Part shown: one piece after another, positions 26,901-29,237 of the stretch
Layout: every line of letters begins with the position of its first letter
How positions within the stretch are numbered: the stretch's first letter is position 1
Assembly: GCA_043728155.1 (NCBI GenBank)
Contig: JAYTMX010000014.1
Location: 1-29,237, forward strand
Length of the DNA stretch: 29,237 bases
Source of the DNA: a bacterium
Lineage (GTDB): Bacteria > Patescibacteriota > Minisyncoccia > Phycocordibacterales > UBA5272
Direction of reading: 5' to 3'
Notes under the pieces: generated by a model
Told to the model about the DNA's origin: nothing
Seen by the model: the letters and a program-made list of their open reading frames with translations, nothing else
The model's database searches: none
Made by a program: the position numbers and the translations under genes

Positions 26901-27398
26901 ATGAAAAACAAAAATACATTAATTATAGTTCTAATCTTAGTAATAGTCTCTCTCACTGGATTTATTATTTATGATAAGTACGTAAAATCAGAAATTCTAA
27001 CCAAAAAAGAGATTACCAGCCAAATAAATATTAATAAAAAAACAGAAACACAAGAGGACCAGTTAGTTAGTGATGAAAAAATAATTACAAATTATCTTAA
27101 TAATAAAGGTTATGGAAAATCGCGTTCTTTTAATGTAACCAATTTAAAATTAAATAATAAATTTATAGACAATATGGAGAATGACAACATTTCTCTGTAT
27201 ACAGGAGTAATTAATAGTGGATGTAGTAATGTTAATGATTTTTGTGGTGGTCCAGGATTTGTGGCTGTGATATCTGAAAATACTAAGAGTGTAATATATT
27301 CTGAAGATACATTAGGAGATTATGAGTGTAAGGAAATAGCCACTATAAAAAATGAGAATGTTCGCAATTATGTTTTAAATACTTTTTGTAAAGGTTAA
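26901..27398 (+). CDS. Membrane-anchored hypothetical protein
   Basis: 165 aa; N-terminal TM; 4 Cys; TGaTATAAT 7 nt before ATG. Confidence 0.8.
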   Translation: MKNKNTLIIVLILVIVSLTGFIIYDKYVKSEILTKKEITSQININKKTETQEDQLVSDEKIITNYLNNKGYGKSRSFNVTNLKLNNKFIDNMENDNISLYTGVINSGCSNVNDFCGGPGFVAVISENTKSVIYSEDTLGDYECKEIATIKNENVRNYVLNTFCKG

Positions 27399-27516
27399 GT
27401 TGATAAACTATAAATAAAATTTTTATTTATAGTTTATATTAATTTATATTTAACAAGTAAAGGCCACGCTTCGCGCAGCCTTTTAGTTTTGCAAGAGATA
27501 TGCTATAATGTCAAGT

Positions 27517-28335
27517 ATGAATTATCACATCGTAACTATTTTTCCTGATATGTTTAACTCTTATCTTAATGAGAGCATAATTGGTAGTGCTGTAAAAGAA
27601 AAGAAAATAAGCGTGAACACATACGCGCTGCGAGAATACACTAAAGATAAGCACAGAAGAGTAGATGGTAAGCCATTTGCAGGTGGTCCAGGTATGGTCT
27701 TATGGGTGGACCCGATAGTTAACTGCGTAGAAAAAATCAAAACAAAGATAGAGAAAAAATACCAGAAAGATATAGTAAAATATAATACAAAAAAAGAAGC
27801 AGAAAAAACAAAAACAAAAAAGACCGTTTTAAAATTACAAAAACCTGTAAAAAGTAAAATACTCTTTGTACATTTTAATCCAGGAGCGGAAAAGTTTACA
27901 ACTAAAATTGCAAAAGATATATCTTGTAATTACACTGATATAATATTTATTTGTGGTCGTTATGAAGGAGTAGATGCAAGGGTAAACGAAATATACAAAG
28001 GCTTAGAAATCAGTATCGGAGATTACGTGTTAACTGGTGGCGAGTTGCCGACTATGATTATGATAGATAGTATTAGCAGACAAGTAGAGGGAGTATTAAA
28101 CAAATTAGAAAGTCTCGAAGAAAATAGAGTGAGTTCACACAAGGTATATGCAAGACCAGAAATATATGAGTATAAAATAAAAAGTATAGATAAAAAGAAA
28201 ATGGAAGAAAATTCTAAAAATAATATAAATAAAAAAGTTTATAAAAAAAAAATAGTAGAGTATACGGTACCCAAAGTATTACTAAGTGGTAATCATAAAG
28301 AAATAGAAAAATGGAAGTTAGGACAAAACATCTAA
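27517..28335 (+). CDS. trmD: tRNA (guanine37-N1)-methyltransferase TrmD with Lys-rich insertions
   Basis: VDGKPFAGGPGMV, ICGRYEGVDAR, SIGDYVLTGGELP, VLLSGNH. ATG 27517 preferred. Confidence 0.95.
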   Translation: MNYHIVTIFPDMFNSYLNESIIGSAVKEKKISVNTYALREYTKDKHRRVDGKPFAGGPGMVLWVDPIVNCVEKIKTKIEKKYQKDIVKYNTKKEAEKTKTKKTVLKLQKPVKSKILFVHFNPGAEKFTTKIAKDISCNYTDIIFICGRYEGVDARVNEIYKGLEISIGDYVLTGGELPTMIMIDSISRQVEGVLNKLESLEENRVSSHKVYARPEIYEYKIKSIDKKKMEENSKNNINKKVYKKKIVEYTVPKVLLSGNHKEIEKWKLGQNI

Positions 28336-28422
28336 AACTTCTTCTATTGACAAAATTGCTTATTTTATTTATAATTAGAAAGGCAGTATAAATTTGTACT
28401 GTAATAAGTTAAGGAGAATTTT

Positions 28423-28683
28423 ATGAAATTTTTAGTATCAGTATTTTTTCTGGCTGTACTCTCTATATCTTCAGCTTTTGCTGAAGATTCTAAGAATAGA
28501 TTTTTCGAACTGGAACAAAAGAAACAAAAATTAAAATCATGCAATCTTGTGTTTAAGAGCATGTTCGGTAAAGAAAACAAGATCAGCGCTATAGAAAAAG
28601 AATCTTGTAAAAAACATAGCATTGGTTCTATTTACTTTATACATCAAGATGGAACCATGCGACCCATGAATCCTCTCAAGTGA
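28423..28683 (+). CDS. Small secreted protein with two Cys
   Basis: Signal peptide ending AFA-E; SD AAGGAG; TTGACA(28347)-17-TATAAT(28370). Confidence 0.8.
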   Translation: MKFLVSVFFLAVLSISSAFAEDSKNRFFELEQKKQKLKSCNLVFKSMFGKENKISAIEKESCKKHSIGSIYFIHQDGTMRPMNPLK

Positions 28684-28801
28684 ATTTGAATTTAGTCTTC
28701 TAAAATCACGCACACAATATGTGCGTTTTTTTATTTACAGATAAATATGTTATAATGTTTAAATTAAAAGTCCTAACTTTTATAAAATTAGTTAGTAGTT
28801 A

Positions 28802-28874
28802 GCCACTGTAGCTCAGTTGGTAGAGCACGTCATTGGTAATGACGAGGTCGGCAGTTCAATCCTGCTCGGTGGCT
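28802..28874 (+). tRNA. tRNA-Thr (GGT), CCA not fully encoded
   Basis: Acceptor GCCACTG/CGGTGGC, D-arm GCTC/GAGC, anticodon stem CGTCA-TTGGTAA-TGACG, T-loop TTCAATC. Confidence 0.96.
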
Positions 28875-28891
28875 CAAAAAATTATAGTTAG

Positions 28892-28959
28892 AAAATACAA
28901 AATAACATCTTCTATAAGACGGCAGTCAGGTCTTTATAAAAGATGTTATTTTGTATTTT
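28892..28959. terminator. Long hairpin after the tRNA
   Basis: 19-bp perfect outer arms AAAATACAAAATAACATCT / AGATGTTATTTTGTATTTT. Confidence 0.7.
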
Positions 28960-29207
28960 TGTGTTACTCGTATTCATTAATAAATATAAATATTTAATTA
29001 TTATATATTATTTATATAAATATTACATTTGCAAATGTTTTGCATTTGCGTTTATCTATTTGTTAAAATTTTGAGTTATCCACAGAGAAAATACTACTTG
29101 CCTATTGCAAGATATTTTATACATGCAATAATACTAATTAGAGAGTGATAGATGATCTTGGTCAATCAGTCACCCACTCTCATAAGTTTTAAATCTATAT
29201 AATTACT

Positions 29208-29237
29208 ATGGCAGTAGCAAAAAAATCAGCAGCTAAA
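29208..29237 (+). CDS. 5' end of a Lys/Ala-rich ORF cut by the window edge
   Basis: MAVAKKSAAK; TATAAT just upstream. Confidence 0.5.
   Translation, partial: MAVAKKSAAK

Noticed and set aside
97-28622. Numerous minus-strand and nested ORFs in the track (e.g. 1128-1622, 7184-7639, 19271-19744, 28365-28622)
   Set aside because: They are antisense or alternate-frame shadows of well-supported genes with no motifs; avd is the only exception.

Overview
AT-rich bacterial chromosome segment. Gene content and style point to Patescibacteria/CPR (Parcubacteria-like); this taxonomy is inferred, not searched. Almost every gene is on the + strand. Core genes (tsaE, polA, holA-like, grpE, dnaK, infA, rnr, rpsP, khpA, trmD, tRNA-Thr) alternate with single-gene islets and large Cys-rich surface proteins. 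The main element is a diversity-generating retroelement (DGR) between rnr and rpsP. It has a target gene with a 113-bp VR (24060-24172), a structured RNA leader, and a 113-bp TR (24521-24633). All 13 VR/TR mismatches fall on TR adenines. An antisense avd and a DGR-type RT follow. The DGR looks doubly switched off in this sequence: the RT has one in-frame TAG, and a G12 run puts avd out of frame with its likely ATG (G10 or G13 restores it). Other signals: a G9 run in a promoter spacer, a frameshifted gene at a G5 run, a possible second remote DGR-like target, an antisense hairpin sRNA facing a NYN nuclease gene, dispersed GC-rich C-GNA-G triloop palindromes (two inside polA), and many apparently leaderless genes.
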